Positions 49,351 to 58,097 of a DNA stretch of 64,000 nucleotides are shown here, one piece after another. The notes under the pieces were generated by a model that was given only the letters and a program-made list of their open reading frames with translations, was not told where the DNA came from and made no database searches. Origin of the DNA: Candidatus Poribacteria bacterium (GTDB lineage Bacteria > Poribacteria > WGA-4E > WGA-3G); contig CAXXLX010000002.1 of the NCBI GenBank assembly GCA_963665235.2, positions 736,001-800,000 on the forward strand, written 5' to 3'. Position numbers and translations under genes: made by a program. Numbering within the stretch: position 1 is the stretch's first letter; each line of letters opens with the position of its first letter.

Positions 49351-50379
49351 GTGCGCTATACGAATTCACTCGCTCTCTCTTATTTTCAACAAGCGGCGGT
49401 CTGTTATCAACAAGCTCGCTATGTTGAATCCATCCAATACTATCTTGCAGGCTTAAGATATGCTCCAGGTCATCACCATATATACGCTGATCTGGCAAAA
49501 GCGTATGAAATGGTCGGAAAATGGGAGCAGGCGTTGGCATACTTGGATATTGCGCTTCGATTATGTCCAGATTCTCCAACAGCCTTAAGACGCAAAGCCC
49601 GTATCGCTCAGGAAAAAAGCTGCTATCAAACGCTGATTCGTGAGAGCAATTTAGTAGAACATCCCCCCTTGGACTTTCTGCCAGCGGCTTTTTCTAAAAA
49701 CGGTTCACGCGCACAAATGGTAGTGGAGCGCACGTTTTTCAAGCTAACTTTTGAACCGACTGTTTGTCCGAAAACACTCTGGAGCGTCTCACAACTCATT
49801 GAGAAAACTTATGATGAAGTCGGTAATCAACTTAGCTGCTATCCAGAACATCAGGTGTCTATCTCAATTACAAACGCATGCGCTTTAGCGTCCCAGGGGC
49901 CCCTTCCGAAGTGGGCAGCGGGCCGCTACGATGGCGACATTCATCTGAGCTATTGTGCGGAGGGTGAACCTGAACTTGGCGTTTTATATGCCTTAATTCG
50001 CCACGAATGGACACATCTATTAGTTCACATCCTGACACACCGCAAATGTCCTGCTTGGCTTGACGAGGGACTTGCACAAACTATTGCCCGGCCCTTGCTG
50101 TCCTTTGAAAAAGAAGCACTCCAACAGGCATACAAAAAAGGACACCTACTAACTTTGGTTGAACTCAACCAACCTTTCAGCCAGATTCCTGCCTCACGAC
50201 GGCAAACCGCTTATCTGCAAGCTGCAGCGATTGCAGAGATGCTGATTCATGAAGGTAGTTTCGTCGCTATCCGGCACCTTCTCGACAGCCTTGGAAAAGG
50301 TGTCCCAATTGAAATTGCAATGTGGCAAACTTTTGCAAAAAGGATGAGAGATATCCCGTTGACCGGACGCGCAAACTAA
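49351..50379 (+). CDS. TPR plus gluzincin-like (peptidase MA) metallopeptidase
   Basis: N-terminal TPRs, HEWTH and WLDEGLA. Confidence 0.8.
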   Translation: MRYTNSLALSYFQQAAVCYQQARYVESIQYYLAGLRYAPGHHHIYADLAKAYEMVGKWEQALAYLDIALRLCPDSPTALRRKARIAQEKSCYQTLIRESNLVEHPPLDFLPAAFSKNGSRAQMVVERTFFKLTFEPTVCPKTLWSVSQLIEKTYDEVGNQLSCYPEHQVSISITNACALASQGPLPKWAAGRYDGDIHLSYCAEGEPELGVLYALIRHEWTHLLVHILTHRKCPAWLDEGLAQTIARPLLSFEKEALQQAYKKGHLLTLVELNQPFSQIPASRRQTAYLQAAAIAEMLIHEGSFVAIRHLLDSLGKGVPIEIAMWQTFAKRMRDIPLTGRAN

Positions 50380-50397
50380 ACGCCACGGTTATGAATT

Positions 50398-50868
50398 ATG
50401 ACCAAGTTGGATATTGCGATTCTCATCGTTATCGGGATAATTGGATTTAGCGGCTACCGGGTGGGGTTCACACGAAGTGTGTGGGGCATTTTGGCACTCG
50501 GAACAGGCCGCTTTATGGCAAGCCAAGGTTGGCAAAACGTAGCCACACTCATCCAGAAGTTTATCGACAACGAAAAGGTCGCTAAATGGCTCAGTATTAT
50601 CCTAATTGTCATACTCATAACGGTCGTAATAGACATAATTTTGGGACGAATTCAACGATTTTTTGAAAATGGGGTCTTGAACAAGCTGAACCGTGCACTC
50701 GGCTTAGGCATAGGTATCGCTGCAAGCGCGATTGCTATTGCTGTCACACTCTCTCTTCTCAATCCTCACGCGAATGATGCACTTAAAAACGAAATCGCCA
50801 ATTCAAGCTTTGCTGCCCCACTTAGGGACCTCGGTGACCACGTTTGTGGATTTCGTGAGAATGAGTAA
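50398..50868 (+). CDS. CvpA family membrane protein
   Basis: LDIAIL...GYRVGF and LNRALGLGIG. Confidence 0.8.
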   Translation: MTKLDIAILIVIGIIGFSGYRVGFTRSVWGILALGTGRFMASQGWQNVATLIQKFIDNEKVAKWLSIILIVILITVVIDIILGRIQRFFENGVLNKLNRALGLGIGIAASAIAIAVTLSLLNPHANDALKNEIANSSFAAPLRDLGDHVCGFRENE

Positions 50869-50885
50869 AAAATATTCAAAAATAT

Positions 50886-51080
50886 TTAGCAAATAGCAAA
50901 TGGCGATTGGCAATTGGCAAGATGTTGTGAGTACAAGCAGGTTTCTGACGCGCTGCAGACGTTGCGCGGTCTACCGAGTCCATGTCCACCTGATGAGTAC
51001 AAACAGGTTTCTGACGCGCTGCAGCCCCCTCTTCCTCTTGCTAACAGCCAATTGCCAATTGCCAACAGCCAAATCAGCGA
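50886..51080. repeat. Heptamer-flanked intergenic element with an internal 31-bp duplication
   Basis: (GCAATTG)n arms in inverted orientation. 50928-50958 approximately equals 50994-51024. The core is shared with 54894-55030. Confidence 0.65.
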
Positions 51081-51716
51081 TTACCACCCTGCCTGTTTGA
51101 GAAATTCTAACGCCATCAAGGTGTGTCCCTCAGCATTGGGGTGAACGCCATCTCGGGTTGTCCACAACGCCCCGGGGCGCGCAGCGACCGCGCGTTCAAA
51201 CGCAGCACTTACCGTTATGAGCCGTGCGTCAAACTCCTCAGCGAGTTTATGGATGCTTGCGTTGTAAGCAGCAACGGCTAACGGGCGTGGCGTTTCAACA
51301 TCGGCTTCAATATAAAAAATTTCAAACAGAAACAGGGGTGCCGCTAATTCCGTTTTCACCCGCGTCAGAATTCGCCTATAGCACGCCTCCCAAGTTGGCA
51401 GATATTCCTCTGTCGAAACATTTTGGGAGAGTTGACGGCTGGCGTTGTTGATGCCGATTTTGACAGAAACCCACTTCGGTTTCTCAGCAATAACGTCGGT
51501 ATCCCATCGATTTTCTAACCCCTCAACGATATCGCCCCCGATTCCTTTGTTCACATAAGCGATGTCCCGTTCAGGGTATTTGGCCGTAATCAACTCGGTT
51601 ATTTTACGGACATATCCGTGTCCCAAAGGTGCATGCTCACCCCGTCTTCCACAGTCCGTAATGCTATCCCCGATAAAAAGCACTTTATCTCCGGATTGAA
51701 ATAGTAAATTATTCAC
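51081..51716 (-). CDS. SGNH/GDSL hydrolase
   Basis: Motifs FIGDSIT, NKGIGG, IGINN and DGVHP. Confidence 0.92.
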   Translation of the reverse strand: MNNLLFQSGDKVLFIGDSITDCGRRGEHAPLGHGYVRKITELITAKYPERDIAYVNKGIGGDIVEGLENRWDTDVIAEKPKWVSVKIGINNASRQLSQNVSTEEYLPTWEACYRRILTRVKTELAAPLFLFEIFYIEADVETPRPLAVAAYNASIHKLAEEFDARLITVSAAFERAVAARPGALWTTRDGVHPNAEGHTLMALEFLKQAGW

Positions 51717-51842
51717 AAAATTTCCCCTTTATGTGGTATACTAAATTATTATAGAAATTCAATCGTTTTTATGGCGATTTGTTGCCATGAAAATTGAACG
51801 TCCTTAGTTAGTAGCATATCACATTTTCGAGAAAATGCCAAC

Positions 51843-52472
51843 ATGAAAGACATCGGAATTCTTCACGTTATCACAGATACAACGTTTCAGTCTCGGTTTA
51901 CGCACACCGAATTAGCAGAGCTGGCAATCCAAGGCGGCGCGGATACAGTTCAATTGCGGGATAAACAGAGGACTACGCGTGAATTGGTAGAAATCGCACA
52001 AGGGATGCAGGCAATATGTGAAAGGCATGAGGTGCCCCTGATTGTGAACGATAGAGCCGATATCGCGCTGGCTGTTGGAGCAGCGGGGGCGCACTTTGGA
52101 CAGGAAGATATGCCCATCACAATAGGAAGACGCATCCTCTCCACAAAGGCTATCCTTGGGGCATCTGCTCGAACTGAAGAGAAAATACTCGTTGCAATTT
52201 CAGAGGGCGCAGATTACATCGGGTTTGGCCCCATCTATCGGACCGGATCAAAATCGGATGCAGAAACACCTAAGGGGTTGGCACGTCTCCGCCGAATTTG
52301 TGAAATTGCAACGTGCCCAGTTATCGCAATCGGGGGGATAACCCTGGAAACTGCAGCGGAGGTTATACGGACAGGGGCACACGGCATCGCTGTCATCTCT
52401 GCTGTGTGCGCGCAACCGGACCCGCGTATAGCAACGCAAGAACTGGTCCGAGAAATTCGCAACGCGAAATAA
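51843..52472 (+). CDS. thiE: Thiamine phosphate synthase
   Basis: Motifs QLRDK, IVNDRAD, HFGQED and AIGGI. Confidence 0.92.
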   Translation: MKDIGILHVITDTTFQSRFTHTELAELAIQGGADTVQLRDKQRTTRELVEIAQGMQAICERHEVPLIVNDRADIALAVGAAGAHFGQEDMPITIGRRILSTKAILGASARTEEKILVAISEGADYIGFGPIYRTGSKSDAETPKGLARLRRICEIATCPVIAIGGITLETAAEVIRTGAHGIAVISAVCAQPDPRIATQELVREIRNAK

Positions 52473-52488
52473 ACTAAAATCAAGGGAA

Positions 52489-53994
52489 TTGGAGAATAAT
52501 AAAATGAGTGAGCACAGGCAGGTTGATGTAACCGATGCTCCTGAACATGCATCTTTTTTGAAAAAACTCCGGGAGGTCGACCAGGTTTTTGAACCCGATT
52601 TCAGTAAGATTCAGGAAGATTTCGTGCAGAAATTATGGGACACCCAACGTTATTTCAACGCAAACCTAACCTCCATTGATGGCCAAGAGATTCGCGTGCT
52701 AAAACCGGGTGTATGGAACCACGAAGAGGGCCCCGATTTTATGCACGCTGAAATTGAGATTAATGGCAAGCTGCTGGTCGGTGACGTTGAAATTCACGTC
52801 AAATCTTCCGAATGGTACATGCATAAACATCATCTCAATTCTCGGTATAATCGCGTTATTCTCCACACAGTGTTCTTTGACGATGAACTCAACTTACGGG
52901 CCCGGCTCCAAAACGGGAGACGGATACCTACGTTGGAACTTCTCAAATGGATTGATATGCCTATCGGCGACCTGTTTGACGAGACCATGGAAACAGAAGC
53001 AGATACGACCGAGTATTGTCGGGTTACAGGAAACCGTTTAGATATGGAACCCCTTCGGGGGGTGTTTGAGTCGTTAGGTCGTCAAAGGTTTTTAGAAAAA
53101 GCGGATGCAACGCGCTTGTTAAGAACACGGCTGAATTTTGAGCAAATTCTCTATGAGGGGATAATGGAGGCGTTAGGTTATAAAAGCAACAGCACACCGT
53201 TGCGCGAATTGGCACAGCGGGTGCCTTTTTCGGATTTCGATGATAGGTCCGAGCCGGAGATTCAAGCCATCCTCTTCGGGGTTGCCGGGCTGCTGCCATC
53301 GCAGCGGGACAAACCGCTGTCAGCCGAAGAAGCAGCTGAGCCGTTTCTTGTCACGCTAGAGAAACTGTGGGATACTTCCGAGCACGCAACCCGCCAAAAT
53401 CAGATGAACACAGAACGATGGCGGTTCGGCAGTGTTCGTCCTTTTAACTACCCATCTCGGCGAATTGCTGCAATGAGCCAGCTAATCGATCGCTGCAACG
53501 GCAGTTTAATGATGCATTTTCTGCCTACATGTGAAAAGGCAGCCGCTGCAAATACGCCAAAACTGTTGAGAAATATCCGGAAAGAACTGCTCGAACTACT
53601 CACGCTTGAACCTACTGACTATTGGTCAACCCGTTACGACCTCGGGAAAAAGAGTAACCGCAAAGCTGCTTTCATTGGCGCGAGTCGAGCCGTGGACATC
53701 ATCATCAACAAAATTCTGCCAGCTGCATATATTTGGGCAGTTGAAGCGGAAAGCAAGGAATTGCAGGAAGCTATCCTACAACTTTATAGCGCATATCCTG
53801 AATCGCAAGAAAACCAGTATATCCGCCAGATTAAAAAACAGCTCTTCACGGAGACACAACCGATGAAACTGCTCCCCCGAACTGCCAAAATTCAGCAGGG
53901 AGCTATCCGACTTTATAGGAATTATTGCGCCGACAGACTCTGTGACTTGTGCCCTATCCTAGAGCACAACGCTGTTGTCCTAGAGGCGGATTGA
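52489..53994 (+). CDS. DUF2851 family protein
   Basis: PGVWNHEEGPDF, GDVEIH...W..H.H, VILH, RPFNYPSRR and a C-terminal C..RLC.LCP. Confidence 0.8.
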   Translation: MENNKMSEHRQVDVTDAPEHASFLKKLREVDQVFEPDFSKIQEDFVQKLWDTQRYFNANLTSIDGQEIRVLKPGVWNHEEGPDFMHAEIEINGKLLVGDVEIHVKSSEWYMHKHHLNSRYNRVILHTVFFDDELNLRARLQNGRRIPTLELLKWIDMPIGDLFDETMETEADTTEYCRVTGNRLDMEPLRGVFESLGRQRFLEKADATRLLRTRLNFEQILYEGIMEALGYKSNSTPLRELAQRVPFSDFDDRSEPEIQAILFGVAGLLPSQRDKPLSAEEAAEPFLVTLEKLWDTSEHATRQNQMNTERWRFGSVRPFNYPSRRIAAMSQLIDRCNGSLMMHFLPTCEKAAAANTPKLLRNIRKELLELLTLEPTDYWSTRYDLGKKSNRKAAFIGASRAVDIIINKILPAAYIWAVEAESKELQEAILQLYSAYPESQENQYIRQIKKQLFTETQPMKLLPRTAKIQQGAIRLYRNYCADRLCDLCPILEHNAVVLEAD

Positions 53995-54169
53995 AAATAG
54001 ACTGCTGTTGTGTAATTCACGCGGCACTTCGTAATGTCAAACGAAAACGACTGCTACGGTTTGTTATTAGATGTAGTGAACGTTACAAATTGCTTTTGGT
54101 ACAAATAGTCCGGGAGCATGCAAAACGCGGGCTCCCACAATTTATCAACACAAAATAGGAGAACTTTTC

Positions 54170-54889
54170 ATGAAAACAGTGTGTATTTTAACAATGATGC
54201 TGCTTTGTCTCTCTGTGGCCACAGCGAAGGAGACCTTCTTTTCGGCATTGGAGAGTAAAGCGGAAGTGGAAAGAGAGGGCGGCACCGTTGATGGCGGTAG
54301 CTTCGTCCCCGGTAAATTCGGTAACGGTTTTGTCAGTGAGAAAGTAGGAGACGTTATTCACTTTCCCGTGGAAGACCGATTCGTCAATCTGAAGGAGGGC
54401 ACCGTTGAATTATGGGTGACCATGGGACTTGACGCTGTAGAAATCACCGGCGAACTTTTCATGTTTATGACTTATAAACGTGGGAGCGATGCAATTTTTC
54501 TGCAATTTAACAACGGCGGAAAAGCACAAATGCGGGTTAAAAGTGCCGGGGCCTGGCTCGATGCCAACAGTGAACCGCTTACATGGGAAAAAGGTGAACA
54601 TCACCACATGGCGGGAACATGGGGACCGGATGGACTTAAACTCTACCTAGATGGTAAACTTGCAGGGGAAAACGCGTCTACAAAAGGGCCGACCATTTTT
54701 GCAGCAACCTTTGAAATTAACAACGCTTCACCCCCCGACCCCAAATTTCCAACGAATTGCGTCGTTGATGGGCTCCGTATTTCTGACCATCAGAAAGAGG
54801 CTAATGAATTGGTACTTGACGACCCTGCCCCTGTCGAACCGCTTGGAAAATTGACTACGACTTGGGGACAATTGAAAGCCGCTAGATAA
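54170..54889 (+). CDS. Secreted LamG/concanavalin-like protein with C-terminal WGxLK tail
   Basis: GTVELW, HHMAGTW, LYLDG and VDGLRIS. Ends PVEPLGKLTTTWGQLKAAR. Confidence 0.85.
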   Translation: MKTVCILTMMLLCLSVATAKETFFSALESKAEVEREGGTVDGGSFVPGKFGNGFVSEKVGDVIHFPVEDRFVNLKEGTVELWVTMGLDAVEITGELFMFMTYKRGSDAIFLQFNNGGKAQMRVKSAGAWLDANSEPLTWEKGEHHHMAGTWGPDGLKLYLDGKLAGENASTKGPTIFAATFEINNASPPDPKFPTNCVVDGLRISDHQKEANELVLDDPAPVEPLGKLTTTWGQLKAAR

Positions 54890-54893
54890 AAGA

Positions 54894-55030
54894 TTGATTG
54901 GCGATTGGCTTCATTGGAAACCATTGGAAACCTATAGCAAGAGGAAGAGGACTCTGACGCGCATCAGAAACCTGCTTAGAATCACAACATCTTGCCAATT
55001 GCCAATCGCCAATCGCTAATTGCCAATTGC
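54894..55030. repeat. Heptamer-flanked intergenic element (inverted homolog of 50886-51080)
   Basis: Reverse strand GGCAATTGGCAAGATGTTGTGA..AAGCAGGTTTCTGA..CCTCTTCCTCTTGCTA matches the 50.9-kb copy. Confidence 0.65.
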
Positions 55031-55056
55031 TCCACAAACAGAGCGGAGGACTAGAA

Positions 55057-56124
55057 ATGTATAAAACAGAAAACCCGCTTTTCACAGCGGGGACAGAAGG
55101 ATATAACACGTTTCGTATTCCTGCACTCGTCGCCTCTAATGAAGGAACACTCCTAGCGTTCTGCGAAGGCAGACGAAAAGGCGGCGGAGATTCGGGCGAC
55201 ATAGATATTGTACTGAAACGCAGTTTTGACAACGGCACGACATGGCAACCGATACAGGTCGCTGTCTCCACCGGCACAGATACAGATGGCAATCCCGCAC
55301 CAGTGGTTGACCGTGATACCGGCACTATCTGGCTGCCTTTCTGTAAAAACTTCTCTGATGGCGGAGAAGGAAAAATTATCGCGGGTGAAGCACCACGAAC
55401 CGTCTGGGTAACCTCCAGCACCGACGACGGGGAAACATGGACTGAACCGAAAGAGATTACCGCCGATACAAAGTTGGACACATGGACATGGTACGCAACA
55501 GGACCATGCCACGGTATCCAATTGGCAAGCGGCAGATTGGTGATTCCGTGTGACCATGTGCTTGGGAACAGTCGAAACTATGCTGAACACGGCTACTCAC
55601 ATCTTATTGTCAGTGATGACCACGGTGAAACGTGGCGTATCGCGGGTAAAGCACAACCCGGCACAAATGAGTCTGTTGTCGTTGAGACCGTCGATGGCGA
55701 CCTCTATTTTAACTGCCGAAACTACGTCGCACCGAAACGACGCGCATACGCTTGGAGCTCCGATGGCGGCGATACGTTTACCGAATTCGGTTACGACGAT
55801 AATTTAATTGAACCCATCTGTCAAGCCAGCATGGTGCGCTACACGGATGCCAATTCGCACGACAAAAACCGGGTGCTGTTCTCTAATCCAGCAAGCATGG
55901 GCAGGGAAAAGATGACAATCCGTATCAGTTACGATGAATGTCGTTCCTGGAACGGTGGCAAAGTCTTGCATGCAGGCCCCGCTGCTTACTCTGACCTCTG
56001 TATCGATTCAGACATGAATATATGTTGTCTCTATGAACGGGGGGAACGTGGAGCTTATGAGACGTTGTCGTTCGCAAAGTTCGATTTGGCATGGTTGACT
56101 GATGGAGCGGATACATTGGCGTGA
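55057..56124 (+). CDS. Exo-alpha-sialidase (GH33)
   Basis: FRIP motif, several Asp-boxes (SxDxGxTW), AYSDL and LYE. Confidence 0.9.
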   Translation: MYKTENPLFTAGTEGYNTFRIPALVASNEGTLLAFCEGRRKGGGDSGDIDIVLKRSFDNGTTWQPIQVAVSTGTDTDGNPAPVVDRDTGTIWLPFCKNFSDGGEGKIIAGEAPRTVWVTSSTDDGETWTEPKEITADTKLDTWTWYATGPCHGIQLASGRLVIPCDHVLGNSRNYAEHGYSHLIVSDDHGETWRIAGKAQPGTNESVVVETVDGDLYFNCRNYVAPKRRAYAWSSDGGDTFTEFGYDDNLIEPICQASMVRYTDANSHDKNRVLFSNPASMGREKMTIRISYDECRSWNGGKVLHAGPAAYSDLCIDSDMNICCLYERGERGAYETLSFAKFDLAWLTDGADTLA

Positions 56125-56267
56125 TGCAAGCTTGATTTAGGAGGGGAAGACTGGAAGTGTGGAAGCGGAAACCTCTCAATCTTCCATACTTTCAATTTCC
56201 CCCTTGTGAACTCGCCGATTTTTTATCAAACTTTACGCTGGCACGCTGGCAAATGAAGGACATTCAG

Positions 56268-56504
56268 ATGAAAGAAAAACCTGAAAAACACCCAGAATTC
56301 GACCCCGAAACTTATACTGACCCTATTCTCGAAGAATGCTATCGAATCAAAGCAGAGATTAGTGCGCAATTCAAGAACCCCGGCGAATACTTTGCGTATT
56401 TGAAAACAAAACAGGAAGAGGACAAACGGAATGGAATAAAATACGTCTCGTATTTTGATCCGTCCAAACACACACCGCCAAAAAAATCTGACGAGGATGA
56501 CTAA
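56268..56504 (+). CDS. Small charged hypothetical protein, tandem paralog 1
   Basis: DPILEECYRIKAE motif. Near-duplicate of the next ORF. Confidence 0.65.
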   Translation: MKEKPEKHPEFDPETYTDPILEECYRIKAEISAQFKNPGEYFAYLKTKQEEDKRNGIKYVSYFDPSKHTPPKKSDEDD

Positions 56505-56546
56505 CCAGAAGCGGGAATCCTGGTAGAACTGATGGAGGTCATTCAG

Positions 56547-56780
56547 ATGAAAGAAACGCCTGAAAAACACCCAGAATTCGACCCCGAAACTTATACTGAC
56601 CCCATTCTCGAAGAATGCTATCGTATCAAAGCAGAACTGAATGCTAAATTCAAAACTCTGGAGGAATTATTTGCGTACATAAGAGCCGGAGAAGAAGAGG
56701 ACAAACGGAACGGAATCAAATACACCCCGTACGATCCGTCCAGACATAAACCGCCAAAAAAATCTGATGAGGATGACTAA
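56547..56780 (+). CDS. Small charged hypothetical protein, tandem paralog 2
   Basis: GGAGG RBS. Same N- and C-termini as the previous ORF. Confidence 0.65.
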   Translation: MKETPEKHPEFDPETYTDPILEECYRIKAELNAKFKTLEELFAYIRAGEEEDKRNGIKYTPYDPSRHKPPKKSDEDD

Positions 56781-56836
56781 CCAAGTCTCTAAAGGCACAT
56801 CCGCATCTGTAGGTTGCCCCAGCCTTTAATGTCCAC
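56781..56836 (-). repeat. Degenerate duplicate of the phyH 3' coding segment (57335-57391)
   Basis: ACATCCGCATCTGTAGGTTGCC(A)CCAGCCTTTAATGTCCAC is shared, with a 1-nt deletion in the copy. Confidence 0.8.
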
Positions 56837-56838
56837 GA

Positions 56839-57234
56839 TTAGGAAAAGAAAAATGACTTGATGAATGCCAAAATCGCTATAGCAATAGAGCCAATAATAC
56901 CGCCGATTTGCCACCGTTCGTTGGTATCCACGTTATGCTCGCCTATGTTGGGGATAACCCCGTCGATTTTAGCCTCCACCCGTCGTAAATCCGTTTTTAC
57001 TTCGGTTTCCACTCGCTGTAAATCTATTGTTAACTTGGATTCTATGCGTTCTAAACTTGCAGCCAGTTTCATATCCGCAGTTTCCGATCGGCGGCGATCA
57101 TCGGCTTGTTGTAATTTCACATCGGTTATATCTTGCTGTAAGCCGCCTACATTTTTCCGTAGGTCTTTTACATCTTCTGCAAGTTCAGATAACTTTTGTA
57201 GAATCAATTCATCTCTATCCATTTTGATGTTCAT
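56839..57234 (-). CDS. Coiled-coil protein with C-terminal TM helix
   Basis: Heptad-like DLQRVETEVK/DLRRVEAKID segments and a hydrophobic C-terminus. Confidence 0.6.
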   Translation of the reverse strand: MNIKMDRDELILQKLSELAEDVKDLRKNVGGLQQDITDVKLQQADDRRRSETADMKLAASLERIESKLTIDLQRVETEVKTDLRRVEAKIDGVIPNIGEHNVDTNERWQIGGIIGSIAIAILAFIKSFFFS

Positions 57235-57259
57235 CCATTTTAATTATCCAATTTAAAAT

Positions 57260-58063
57260 TCAAGGAAAAAACGCCACAGGTGAGAAATCCCAAAAGCCTC
57301 TACCGCAAATATTCTCCCCACGATGCTCAGCAATCCATGTCTTCAGCGGGACATCCGCATCTGTAGGTTGCCACCAGCCTTTAATGTCCACACCATCGCC
57401 TAACAACTGTCGTCGAATCGGGCCGCATTTCTCAAGAATCTCTGGTGGCATGAGGTTGTAATCCAAACCACGCAACCACCGATAACTGTATCCCATAAAC
57501 AAAACTTTTCGCGTCACATCGGAGAAATTCCAGCCGCGTGAATGCCACATCCGCCGATCGAAAAGTACAGCGGTACCACGCTTGACGAGCAAATCCATCG
57601 CACCATCAGGGTCGCCATCAGGCTCACTTGGCGGCGGTAAAGTGTCAAGTTTATGACTTCCCGGAATAAGACGCATTGCTCCGTTATCACGATGCGTAAC
57701 GTCGGTTAACCAATAGCTGACTTTAAGCGAAAGGCGCGGATGTGGACGTTCCATCTCCGGTATAGGTCTACCGCCATCCTGATGCCAATGCGCCGCTTTC
57801 CTGACACACAGTCTATCGGGGGGTTCCGGCGGATACATGATGAGATGCAAGATGTAAAGCTGGATGTTCCACCCCAAAATATCCCAGAGCAGCGGAAAAA
57901 CCTTCCTGTTATCGAGCAGTTCCAGCAGTAGGTCATCTTCAATGACGGTGCGGAATTTGGATAACAACTTATGTGGTGCCAGCCCGGTTTCGGCGCGTTC
58001 CGCCGCATCAACCCTGTCGGCGACCTCTTCTAATGCGTCTACCATCTCTTGACTAATTGCGTC
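57260..58063 (-). pseudogene. Phytanoyl-CoA dioxygenase (PhyH) family gene, 3' part, interrupted by the IS605 element
   Basis: HWHQDG, LIPGSH and FDRRMWHSR. Resumes in frame at GAC GCA ATT. Confidence 0.85.
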
Positions 58064-58097
58064 GTGATACTCACAACGCCTAAAGGCGTGTGCTTCT

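Noticed and set aside
51720-51842. TPP riboswitch upstream of thiE
   Set aside because: No CTGAGA/CCTGA core is present. The region looks like divergent promoters only.
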